Shown here piece after piece: positions 36,379-44,773 of a stretch of DNA of 64,000 nucleotides (its first letter is position 1; each line of letters begins with the position of its first letter). The notes below the pieces were generated by a model. It was not told the DNA's origin. It did no database searches and saw only the letters and a list, made by a program, of their open reading frames with translations. Position numbers and translations under genes: made by a program. The DNA lies in NCBI GenBank assembly GCA_035996875.1, contig DASYJD010000054.1, forward strand, positions 16,837 through 80,836, in the 5' to 3' direction. Source of the stretch: Thermoanaerobaculia bacterium (GTDB lineage: Bacteria > Acidobacteriota > Thermoanaerobaculia > Multivoradales > UBA5704).

Positions 36379-37858
36379 AATGTGGGAGCTTTCGGTGGAG
36401 GAGATCGCCGGCAAGGTGCGGGCGCGCGAGGTGTCGGCGTCCGAGGTTCTGGAATCGTGCCTGGCCCGGACGGCGCGGGTGGAGCCCCTGGTGGCCGCTT
36501 ATCTGGAGATCTTCGCGGACGAGGCCCGCGAGCGGGCGGCGGCTCTCGACCGGCGGATCGCGGCGGGGGAGGATCCAGGGCCGCTCGCCGGCGTGCCGGT
36601 GTCGCTCAAGGACAATCTCAGCCTCGAGGGCCACGCTCTCACCTGCGGCTCGCGCATCCTCACCGGGTACGTTGCCCCGTTCACAGCCACCGCCGTGGAG
36701 CGGCTGCTGGCGGCGGGCGCCGTGCCCGTGGGCCGCAACAACATGGACGAGTTCGCCATGGGCTCGTCGTGCGAGAACTCGGCCTACCAGCTCACCCACA
36801 ACCCATGGGACCTGGGCACCGTGCCGGGCGGCTCCAGCGGCGGCCCTGCCGCGGCGGTCGCCGCCGGCAGCGTTCCCCTCTCCTTCGGGTCGGACACGGG
36901 CGGCTCCATCCGCCAGCCGGCCGCGCTGTGCGGCGTCGTCGGGGTGAAGCCCACCTATGGCCGGGTCTCCCGCTACGGCTTGGTGGCGTTCGCTTCGTCC
37001 ACCGATCAGATCGGCCCCATCGCCCGCACCGTGCGCGACTCCGCCCTCGCCTTGGAGGTGATCGCCGGCGCCGATCCGCGTGACGCCACCTGCTCCACCG
37101 AGCCGGTGGGGAGCTACCTCGCGGCCATCGAGCAGGGCATCGCCGGGCTGAAGGTGGGAGTGATCCGAGAGATCGATCCCACGGCCTTGAGCGCCGCCGC
37201 GGCCCGCAACTGGCAACAGTCTCTCGACCGGCTGTCCGCAGCCGGCGCCGAATTGGTCGAGGTCTCGCTGCCGAGCCTCGACGCCGCCATCGCCGTCTAC
37301 TACGTCATCGCCACTTCGGAGGCGAGCGCCAACCTCGCCCGTTTCGACGGCGTGCGCTACGGCCGCCGGGCGGCGGATGCGGACAACCTGATCGATCTCT
37401 ATTTCGACAGCCGTAGCGAGGGCTTCGGGCCTGAGGTCAAGAGACGCATCATGCTCGGCACCTTCGCCCTTTCCTCCGGCTACTACGACGCCTATTACGG
37501 CCGCGCCCGCGGCGTCCTGGAGCACATGCGCGGCGAGCTGACCGCGGCGTTCGAGAAGGCCGACGTGGTGGTGACGCCCACCACGCCCACGGTCGCCTTC
37601 CGCCTAGGAGAAAAGGTGGACGATCCGCTCGCCATGTACCTCTCGGATATTTTCACCACGCCAGCGAGCCTCGTGGGGCTGCCGACGGTCGCCGTTCCCT
37701 CGGGCGCGGACGACGGCGGCCTGCCGCTGTCGCTCCAGATCATGGGCCGTCCCTTCGCCGAGGCCACGGTCTTCCGCGTCTCGCGAGCCTTCGAGCGCGA
37801 GGTGGGTTGGAGCGTCGCGCCGACTTTCCGAGAGGCCGGGGGGGCCGAGGCCCACTGA
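36371..37858 (+). CDS. gatA: Asp/Glu-tRNA amidotransferase subunit A
   Basis: LKDN, NMDEFAMGSS, PGGSSGG, GSDTGGSIRQPA, NLARFDGVRYG, RRIMLGTFALSSGYYDAYY. Confidence 0.95.
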   Translation: MPEMWELSVEEIAGKVRAREVSASEVLESCLARTARVEPLVAAYLEIFADEARERAAALDRRIAAGEDPGPLAGVPVSLKDNLSLEGHALTCGSRILTGYVAPFTATAVERLLAAGAVPVGRNNMDEFAMGSSCENSAYQLTHNPWDLGTVPGGSSGGPAAAVAAGSVPLSFGSDTGGSIRQPAALCGVVGVKPTYGRVSRYGLVAFASSTDQIGPIARTVRDSALALEVIAGADPRDATCSTEPVGSYLAAIEQGIAGLKVGVIREIDPTALSAAAARNWQQSLDRLSAAGAELVEVSLPSLDAAIAVYYVIATSEASANLARFDGVRYGRRAADADNLIDLYFDSRSEGFGPEVKRRIMLGTFALSSGYYDAYYGRARGVLEHMRGELTAAFEKADVVVTPTTPTVAFRLGEKVDDPLAMYLSDIFTTPASLVGLPTVAVPSGADDGGLPLSLQIMGRPFAEATVFRVSRAFEREVGWSVAPTFREAGGAEAH

Positions 37859-37863
37859 CTCCT

Positions 37864-39636
37864 ATGCGCTGCAATCCCCGCCACGGCGCTGCCTTCGCCG
37901 AGCTGTCCCTGCTGGCCGTCCTCCTTGGATTCCTGCTCGCCGTTCCCTGCGCCGCTGCAACGTCTGCTGCCAAGGCCGGCCCGGTTCGCGTCGCGTTGGA
38001 GGACGGCTTGGTCGCCACCCTTACCGAAGATCGCGGCATCTTCGTCGAGGCGATTCCGAAGCGCGGCGAGGGGCTGACCCTCTTCGCTCGCCGCCTGTGT
38101 GGCGACTCGCGCTTGGCGCCTCAGGTGGCCGAGGCCAACGGCGGCGAGACGAATCTCCTCGCGGGCATCCGCTACGCCGTCCCCTTTACGATGCTCACCA
38201 AGGACTTGCAGCTCAAGGCCGTGAAGGCGCTGTTCGCCGAGGATCAGGGCATCGCCGAAGGCTGGCGCCACAAAGTGCGGGGAACGGGAGTGATGCAGCG
38301 GGAGAGCCTCTGGCGGGTGGCCGAGTGGTTCACCGGCACGGGCGAAAACTTCCGCGCCATCCGCGAGTACAACGAGCTGCACGACGAAGAGATGGCGAAG
38401 GGCACGACCCTCACCATCCCCTCCGAGCTGCTGCTGCCCGCCTTCCGCACAGCCCTGCCGGTACCGGAGCGGCCGTTCCTCCTGGATTACGGGGTGGACA
38501 AGGACGGGGATTACGCGATCTATCGGCTGCGGCCTCACGAGGCGCTCTACTCGGCGGTCGTGGTGCGTTTCACGGGCCGTGTCTTCGCCCACGACGTGAA
38601 TGCCCTGGCGGAGCAGATCGCCCACCGCAGCGGCATTTCGGACGTCACGGCCATTCCCGTCGGCTTCCGGGTGCGCATTCCCTTCGATCTGTTGCAGCCC
38701 GAGTTCCTGCCCGAAGGGCATCCCAAGCGCAAGGAGTACGAGGCGAGCCTGCGCGCCAGCGCCCAGTTCAGCAACCAGGTGAAGGCCCGGGGCCTCGGCG
38801 GCATCCAGGTGATCCTGGACGCGGGCCACGGCGGTCTCGACATTGGCGCCAGCCAGGGCGGTGTCTGGGAGAGCCTCTACGTCTACGACATCGTGATGCG
38901 GGTCAAGCGCGTGCTGGAGAGCCAGACGGCGGCGCGCGTCGAGGTCACCACCCGCGACGGCGGCGACTTCCACGTGCCGGACGTGGACGTGCTGCCCTTC
39001 TCGCGCGGCCACGCCGTGCTCACCACACCGCCATACCCCATCGCCGACTCCAAGATCGGCGTCAACCTCCGCTGGTACCTCGCCAACAGCCTCTTCCGCC
39101 GCACCGTGGAGACGGAGAAGGATCCGCAGAAGGTGGTTTTCCTCTCCATCCACGCCGACTCGCTCCACCCGTCGCTGCGCGGCGCCATGGCCTACATTCC
39201 GGCCGCCGACATGCGCGACGAGAGCTACGGCAAGACCGGCCCGGTCTACGCCCTGCGCAAAGAGGTGCAGGAGAGCCCGCGCGTCGTCTTCCCCCGCGAC
39301 CAGAGGGTGGAGAGCGAGGGCCTCTCGCGCGAGCTGGCGAAGCAGTTGGTGGCCGCCTTCCAGACCGGCGGTCTGCCCGTCCACCCCTTCAGCCCGGTGC
39401 GCGACAAGATCATCCGCGAAGGCAAGGAGTGGGTGCCGGCGGTGCTGCGCTACAACTCGATCCCCGCCAAGGCGCTGCTGGAAGTCTGCAACCTCAACAA
39501 CGACCAGGACCGCAACCTCCTCCAGACCCGGGCCTACCGCCAGCACGTCGCCGAAGCCGTGGTGCGAGGCCTCCTCGCCTACTATGGTCAGGGCGCGGTC
39601 CTGCCGGGTCAGATGATGGCGGAGACGGCGAAGTAG
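37864..39636 (+). CDS. N-acetylmuramoyl-L-alanine amidase (Amidase_3) with long N-terminal region
   Basis: Signal peptide; VILDAGHGG; FLSIHAD; LLEVCNLNN. The N-terminal region has degenerate LysM-like segments. Confidence 0.8.
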   Translation: MRCNPRHGAAFAELSLLAVLLGFLLAVPCAAATSAAKAGPVRVALEDGLVATLTEDRGIFVEAIPKRGEGLTLFARRLCGDSRLAPQVAEANGGETNLLAGIRYAVPFTMLTKDLQLKAVKALFAEDQGIAEGWRHKVRGTGVMQRESLWRVAEWFTGTGENFRAIREYNELHDEEMAKGTTLTIPSELLLPAFRTALPVPERPFLLDYGVDKDGDYAIYRLRPHEALYSAVVVRFTGRVFAHDVNALAEQIAHRSGISDVTAIPVGFRVRIPFDLLQPEFLPEGHPKRKEYEASLRASAQFSNQVKARGLGGIQVILDAGHGGLDIGASQGGVWESLYVYDIVMRVKRVLESQTAARVEVTTRDGGDFHVPDVDVLPFSRGHAVLTTPPYPIADSKIGVNLRWYLANSLFRRTVETEKDPQKVVFLSIHADSLHPSLRGAMAYIPAADMRDESYGKTGPVYALRKEVQESPRVVFPRDQRVESEGLSRELAKQLVAAFQTGGLPVHPFSPVRDKIIREGKEWVPAVLRYNSIPAKALLEVCNLNNDQDRNLLQTRAYRQHVAEAVVRGLLAYYGQGAVLPGQMMAETAK

Positions 39637-39654
39637 GCGCTCCGAGCGGCCGCC

Positions 39655-39735
39655 CCCACCCAAGACCCTCATCACCCCGGCCCTCTTCTCCCGCCCCCTC
39701 CGCACCCCCCTCACCGGGAGAAGAGGGAGAACAGC
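39655..39735. repeat. Family A repeat, half copy
   Basis: CCCAAGACCCTCATCACCCCGGCCCTCTTCTCCC...GGGAGAAGAGGGAGAACAGCCGG. Confidence 0.85.
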
Positions 39736-39783
39736 CGGCGTTCCCCGCCCGCGTCGGCGGTCGGATTACCTCGTAAGGCGCCT

Positions 39784-39863
39784 GGACGACGCGTCGACGG
39801 CCAAACATCTCGAAAGACCTTCGCTTGGATCACGCGTCGACGGTCCAATGCCTCGAAAGACCT
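39784..39863. repeat. Two imperfect direct repeats, ~43-nt period
   Basis: GGACGACGCGTCGACGGCCAAACATCTCGAAAGACCT and GGATCACGCGTCGACGGTCCAATGCCTCGAAAGACCT. Confidence 0.6.
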
Positions 39864-39870
39864 ACCCAAG

Positions 39871-39908
39871 GTAGAGACGCCCACGGGGAACCCCGTGGGG
39901 CGTCTCCG
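39871..39908. repeat. Family B REP (GTAG-type palindrome)
   Basis: GTAGAGACGCCCACGGGG-AA-CCCCGTGGGGCGTCTCC. Confidence 0.85.
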
Positions 39909-40012
39909 AGGGCGGCGACATCGTCCCCAATTGCTCAGACGTTTCCGCGGGCGCCCTCCCTCTTCTCCCGGCGGGGGGGCGCCGCCTGACCCTGGAGAAT
40001 AGGAGCCAGACT

Positions 40013-40335
40013 TTACCGATCTTCGGGCCCAAAGATTCTGTCGAGATCCCGAGCGGAGTGCACGACGCGCAAGATGTCCACCAGATCACCGGAGAGCCTG
40101 TAGAAGACCACGTGCTTTTCGAACTTCGGGATCGGCCAGGAACGGACGTCCTTCAGCTCTGGATGGAGGAACTCGCGGGACCTGCCGATCTCCGGGAAGG
40201 AATGGAGGCGATCGAAAGCTGCCTGAGCCGCATCCAAGAAGCGGAGAGCGGCGTTGACGCTGTCCTGTGCGATGTGGAGAGCCTGTTCGTCGAGATCGCT
40301 CTCGGCCAGGGGCGAACGACGACGCGGCGGCTCAC
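40013..40335 (-). pseudogene. parE: RelE/ParE-family toxin with a 1-nt frameshift near the start
   Basis: GTG at 40335 (overlapping the antitoxin TGA) reads MSRRVVVRP. The conserved LAESDLDEQALHIAQDS...FPEIG...HVVFYR...ILRVVHSARD is in another frame. One extra C in the C-run joins them. Confidence 0.78.
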
Positions 40336-40580
40336 CTCTTGGATGCCGTCTGGCGCACGCGCTCACGCAGCCGGTCCCAGTCGGCCGGCCTCATCTCGTC
40401 CGCCTCAGCGTCAAGAGCCGCCAGCAGCTTACCCTCGAGCTGCACCCGGTCTCTGCGGTCCTGGGCCTCGCTCAACAGAAAACGGATGTAGTCGCTCAGC
40501 GAAGGGTATCCACGGAGGGTCGCCTGCTCCTCTGCAAAGTCCTTGAGGTTGTCTGGTAGCGAGATGTTGAGGGTGGTCAT
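40332..40580 (-). CDS. parD: ParD-like ribbon-helix-helix antitoxin
   Basis: MTTLNISLPDNLKDF...GYPSLSDYIRFLL...LEGKLLAAL. Confidence 0.8.
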   Translation of the reverse strand: MTTLNISLPDNLKDFAEEQATLRGYPSLSDYIRFLLSEAQDRRDRVQLEGKLLAALDAEADEMRPADWDRLRERVRQTASKR

Positions 40581-40677
40581 GGCGTTCAGTCCTTGAGCCG
40601 AGCGTAGGGAACCATGCCGATCGTGTCAAGCCGTGCTCTTCGGGCAAACACCCTCCTCTCCAATACAATCTTCATCA

Positions 40678-42206
40678 ATGTCCCCAACACCACCCGCGCC
40701 GCCGACCGGGGGACCGCCCCACGGTCTTCATCTCCTACAGCCACCTCGACGAGCCGTGGAAGGACCGCGTCGTCACGCACCTGAAGGTTCTTGAACCGGA
40801 GGGCGTGCTCGAAGTCTGGCACGATCGCCACATTGCTGGTGGGGACGACTGGCTCGCCAAGATCCAAGAGGCCATGGACCGCGCGTCGGTGGCCGTACTC
40901 CTCATCTCGGCGGACTCTCTCGGCTCGACGTTCATCCTGGAAAATGAGATCCCTTACCTCCTCCAGCGCCAGAAGACAGACAGAATCAGGATCATCCCAG
41001 TGATCGTCCGTCCCTGTTCCTGGGCGCGGGTGACTTGGTTGTCCCCGATTCAGTGCCGGCCCAAGGACGGCCAACCTCTCTCTGGAGGGACGGAGTATCA
41101 AGTGGAAGAGGCTCTGACCGCCTTAGCTCTGGAAATCCAGGATCACCTCAGCACCGCGCCAAAGCCTCCCCGGCTCGGCCCAGTCCTCAGGCTCGACCTC
41201 GGCCGCCTACCTACGAGGGGCTCCGAATTCGTAGGCCGCGAGGCCGAGTTGGACCATCTCGACGCGGCCTGGGGCGACCCAAAGACTCACGTAGTAACCC
41301 TCGTTGCCTTCGGTGGCGTCGGCAAATCCACCCTTGTGAGCCGCTGGCTCGGTCGCCGTTCCGCCACGGGTTGGCCCGGCGTCCGTCGCGCCTTCGACTG
41401 GTCCTTCTACAGCCAGGGCACGGAGGAGCGCGTCACCTCCGCCGATCGCTTTCTCGACCACGCCCTGCGAGTGCGGAGACCTTCCGCGAGGCCGAGGCGA
41501 AGCAGGCGGAGTGGCAACCTGAGACGCCGCAGCTCTACTCACTACAAGGTTATCGATACTGCGACCTGCTGCTGAGTCGGGCGGAGCCGGAGGACGGAGC
41601 CGGGCTGGCGGGGCTCGCGGCAAACCCAGAGCAGGCGCGGCGGTTCCGCGAGGCGTGCCAGGAGGTGCGGGAGCGGGCAAAAGAGTCGATCAAGATTACT
41701 GAGCAAAATAGTTGGCTCCTCGACATCGCTCTCGATCACCTAGCCCTGGGCCGGGCCCACCTCGGCTTGGCCTTGACCGCTCCTCAACCGCCGACACCTG
41801 ACGAGGACGCTAAGGACGAGTTCGCCCGATCTGCGGAACACCTAGAACGCGCCGTGGAAGGTCTACGGCAGGCAGGGACTGAGGATCAGCTCCCCCTTGG
41901 TCTCCTAGCCGAGCCGCCCTCCGACGCCTCCGGGGCGACTATGCCCGCGCCTCTGCCGACCTGGACGAGGCCCTGGAGATCGCCGAGCGCGGCTCGATGC
42001 GCCTCTTTATCTGTGACGGCCACCTCGAGTGGGCACGCCTTTGCCTCCAGCAGGAGGACACCGAGGCCGCCCGGCCGCACGTGGCCACGGCCCGGAAGAT
42101 CGTGGGCGAGACGGGCTACGGGCGGCGGGAGCGGGAGGTGGGGTGGTTGGAGCGGAAGTTGGCGGGCGAAGGGGGTGATCGGGCCGGGGCTGTCGCCCCG
42201 GCGTAG
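40678..42206 (+). pseudogene. Degraded TIR - P-loop NTPase - TPR (NLR-like) gene
   Basis: TIR: VFISYSH...VWHDRHI...AVLLISADSLGSTFILENE. NTPase: FVGREAEL, AFGGVGKS. Abrupt junction near 41470 into a TPR tail (LDIALDHLALGRAHL, GYGRREREV). Frame changes near 40710, 41470 and 41910. Confidence 0.75.
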
Positions 42207-42336
42207 ACGTCCCGCCTTCCAGGGCCTGCGGTCGATATCGTGGAGGGGCTGGGAGCGTCTCTACCCACCTCCGTCCAGCATTTTCTGGCTGACGCGCAGG
42301 CTCTCCTCGGAATGGCGCCCTTGAAGGGGATTTGAA

Positions 42337-42383
42337 GCCGGATTCATCCGGCGCCGCTCCTAGTCCCGGCATTTATGCCCGGG
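42337..42383. repeat. Two short palindromes (REP-like)
   Basis: GCCGGATTCATCCGGC and CCCGGCATTTATGCCCGGG. Confidence 0.45.
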
Positions 42384-42396
42384 CTGCGGTCGCGAC

Positions 42397-42768
42397 AGCA
42401 GCCATTGCTCTGGCTTAAGCAGCCATTGCTCTGTCTTGAGCAGCCGTTGCTCCGGCTTAAGCAGCCGTTGCTCTAGCTTGAGCAGTCGTTGCTCCGGCTT
42501 GAGCAGCCATTGCTCTAGCTTGAGCAGTCGTTGCTCTGGCTTAAGCAGTCGTTGCTCTGTCTTGAGCAGCCGTTGCTCCGGCTTGAGCAGTCGTTGCTCT
42601 AGCTTGAGCAGTCGTTGCTCCGGCTTGAGCAGCCATTGCTCTAGCTTGAGCAGCCGTTGCTCCGGCTTGAGCAGCCGTTGCTCCAGCTTGAGCAGCCGTT
42701 GCTCCAGCTTGAGCAGTCATTGCTCTGGCTAGAGCAGTCGTTGCTGTCTCGGGAGCAGTCGCTGCTGC
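42397..42768. repeat. 21-bp tandem repeat, 17 full units plus a partial
   Basis: Consensus AGCAGYCRTTGCTCYRGCTTR at an exact 21-nt period from 42397. No spacers. Confidence 0.92.
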
Positions 42769-42816
42769 CACATCCGCCGCCGGCCGGTTCGCCGGTTGGA
42801 CCGTCGCCGCCGATCC

Positions 42817-42859
42817 GGAGACGCCCCACGGGGTTCCCCGGGGGCGTCTCTACCTTGGG
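42817..42859. repeat. Family B REP
   Basis: GGAGACGCCCCACGGGGTTCCCCGGGGGCGTCTCTACCTTGGG. Confidence 0.85.
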
Positions 42860-43020
42860 GGAAAGTCTTCGAGAGTTGGGGGAGTCTCGTGAGTTTCAGG
42901 GGGAGTCCCTCTGGGGGCGGGCGTGCTACCCTGAACTTATTGAAGCTCTTCGGGAACTTTTCGCGGCCTCCGGGCGTCTATCAGAACAGGGCGCAGGTCA
43001 CTCAGCCCTGGGAGGACTCG

Positions 43021-43614
43021 GTGGGCGTTGCCACGGTGTACCCAGCAGTCAGTCAGGATGTCGCCCTCGACGTCGAGCTCGTCGAGCGCCATCGCTGCGG
43101 TGACCTGCATGCGTTCGACGAGGTCTACGCGCGGTTCGGCGAGATGGTCTACAACCTCTCCCTGCGCCTCGCCGGCAACCGCGAGGAAGCCGCGGACCTC
43201 ACGCAGGAGGTCTTCCTGCGCATCTACCGGCATCTCGGTAGCTTCGGGGGCCGTTCGACTCTCAAGACCTGGGTGTTTCGCATTGCCATCAACCACTGCC
43301 GCGACCGGCTGTCGCGTCACGTCCCCCCCATGCAGTCGATCGACGAGGACCCCGGGGAGGGAATGGGCGTGGTGCTGGCCGATCCGGCTCGCGGACCGGA
43401 GGAGCTGGCGGTCGCCGCCGACGAGGGCCGCCGGGTCATGGCGAGCCTCTCCCGGCTGCCCCAGGTATTTCGCGAGGCGGTGGTGTTGCGGGACCTTGAA
43501 GGGTTATCCTATGAGGAGATTGCTGAAGTGCTCGGAGTTCGTGTGGGCACGGTCCGTTCGCGGATCGCACGCGGCCGGGAGCACCTGCGGCACCTCCTGG
43601 AGAAAGGGCTATGA
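43021..43614 (+). CDS. ECF sigma factor (RpoE/SigW-like)
   Basis: GGAGGA RBS then GTG; EAADLTQEVFLRIY, TWVFRIAINHC, LRDLEGLSYEEIAEVLGVRVGTVRSRIARGR. Confidence 0.92.
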   Translation: MGVATVYPAVSQDVALDVELVERHRCGDLHAFDEVYARFGEMVYNLSLRLAGNREEAADLTQEVFLRIYRHLGSFGGRSTLKTWVFRIAINHCRDRLSRHVPPMQSIDEDPGEGMGVVLADPARGPEELAVAADEGRRVMASLSRLPQVFREAVVLRDLEGLSYEEIAEVLGVRVGTVRSRIARGREHLRHLLEKGL

Positions 43615-44360
43615 GTCATCACGTTTCCACTGAGGACCTTTCGACCTACCTCGACTCCGAGCTCGGGTATGCCGAGGTCGCACCCCTCGAAGCTCATTGC
43701 GCGTCGTGCGCCGATTGCGGCTCGCGCCTCGCTTCGATGCGGCGGGTGGTCCACGGCCTCGGCAGCATCCATCGCGCGGAGCCGCCGGCGGCCTTGCGAC
43801 ATCAGATCCGGCGGGAGGTGCAGACGGCGCCGCCGGTCAGCGGTTTCGCCCAGAGGATCGGGTGGGCCTTCGAATCGCTGCGCATCCTTCTCTTCCCCGT
43901 CAGGCCGACGCTGCGCGCCTCGGCCGCCTTCGGCCTCGCCGCGGTGGCGGGCCTCTTCGCCGTCAGTCACGGCATGGGCGACGCCTTCCTGCGTGCCGAC
44001 GATCCCCAGCCCCGCCAGCCCATCGAGATCGTCGAGACTCACCTGGGAGAGCCGCTGGCGTTGCCGCCGCAGACCACCAGCGAGGTCGCCGGCCGCAAGT
44101 TCATCTGGACGGACGCCGGCTGGGTGCAGCGCGGTCTCGAAGGCGAGACGCCGGAGACCCGCCTCGACGCCCACAGCCCCCAGGGCAAGGCGCTGCTGAC
44201 CAAGTGCTCGGGCCTGCAGTTCCTGCTCGAAGACGGCTCGGCCGTCGTGCTGCGCTACAACCTGGAGACGGTGGAGATCCGCAGCATTCCGCCGGTGACC
44301 CGCATCCTGAGCTCCGGGCCCCAGCCGGGACGGGGTCATGTGCCGTCGGTGTCGGCGTAG
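43611..44360 (+). CDS. ZAS (zf-HC2) anti-sigma factor
   Basis: HVSTEDLSTYLD...HCASCADC; single TM; coupled to the sigma gene (ATGA). Confidence 0.85.
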   Translation: MSHHVSTEDLSTYLDSELGYAEVAPLEAHCASCADCGSRLASMRRVVHGLGSIHRAEPPAALRHQIRREVQTAPPVSGFAQRIGWAFESLRILLFPVRPTLRASAAFGLAAVAGLFAVSHGMGDAFLRADDPQPRQPIEIVETHLGEPLALPPQTTSEVAGRKFIWTDAGWVQRGLEGETPETRLDAHSPQGKALLTKCSGLQFLLEDGSAVVLRYNLETVEIRSIPPVTRILSSGPQPGRGHVPSVSA

Positions 44361-44378
44361 GAGGGCCTGACCCTCTGA

Positions 44379-44762
44379 ACCCATAGGCGTTGACTTGGTC
44401 TGAGAGGTCCCCCCAATCCCCTCATCACCCCGGCCCTCTTCTCCCATCGCCCTCCCCCCAACCGGGAGAAGAGGGAGAACAGCCAAGAGCAAGCAATGCC
44501 GCCTTTTTTGGCGCTCCCCTCTCTCCCGGCCGGGGGGAGGGCGATGGGAGAGAGGGGTTGGAGGAGTGAGGGTCTTGGGCGGGGGAAGCTCCAAGACCAA
44601 GTTAAGTTAGCGCCTATGGGGTGGTCGGGAGAGGGGCAGGGGTGAGGGTTTTGGGAGGGGGGATCTCTGAGGCGGCAAAGTCAGCGCCTATGCACCCTCC
44701 CTCTTCTCCCGGTTGGGGGGAGGGCGATGGGAGAAGAGGGCCGGGGTGATGAGGGGTCTTGG
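44379..44762. repeat. Composite family A element bounded by inverted terminal motifs
   Basis: CCCATAGGCGTTGACTT...AAGTTAGCGCCTATGGG (44379-44620), then a second partial unit ending GTCAGCGCCTATG and a reverse core. Confidence 0.85.
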
Positions 44763-44773
44763 CTTTTGGCCCC

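Noticed and set aside
36091-37858. Missing gatB as an anomaly
   Set aside because: gatB is often unlinked from gatCA, and the rest of the genome is not visible.
33420-39776. Long shadow ORFs over pnkp, gatA and the amidase (33420-35648, 33785-35620, 37495-39714, 38097-39776)
   Set aside because: Same reason: they overlap well-supported genes and show no recognisable domain.
40586-41101. 171-aa minus-strand ORF next to parD
   Set aside because: Antisense to the TIR domain, which has far stronger motif support.
42397-42768. CRISPR array
   Set aside because: Contiguous 21-nt units with no unique spacers, and no cas genes in the window.
42657-43103. Coiled-coil protein starting MLRLEQPLLQLEQ
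   Set aside because: It starts inside the tandem repeat, the same frame has TAG stops upstream, and it runs through a REP into the sigma gene in another frame.
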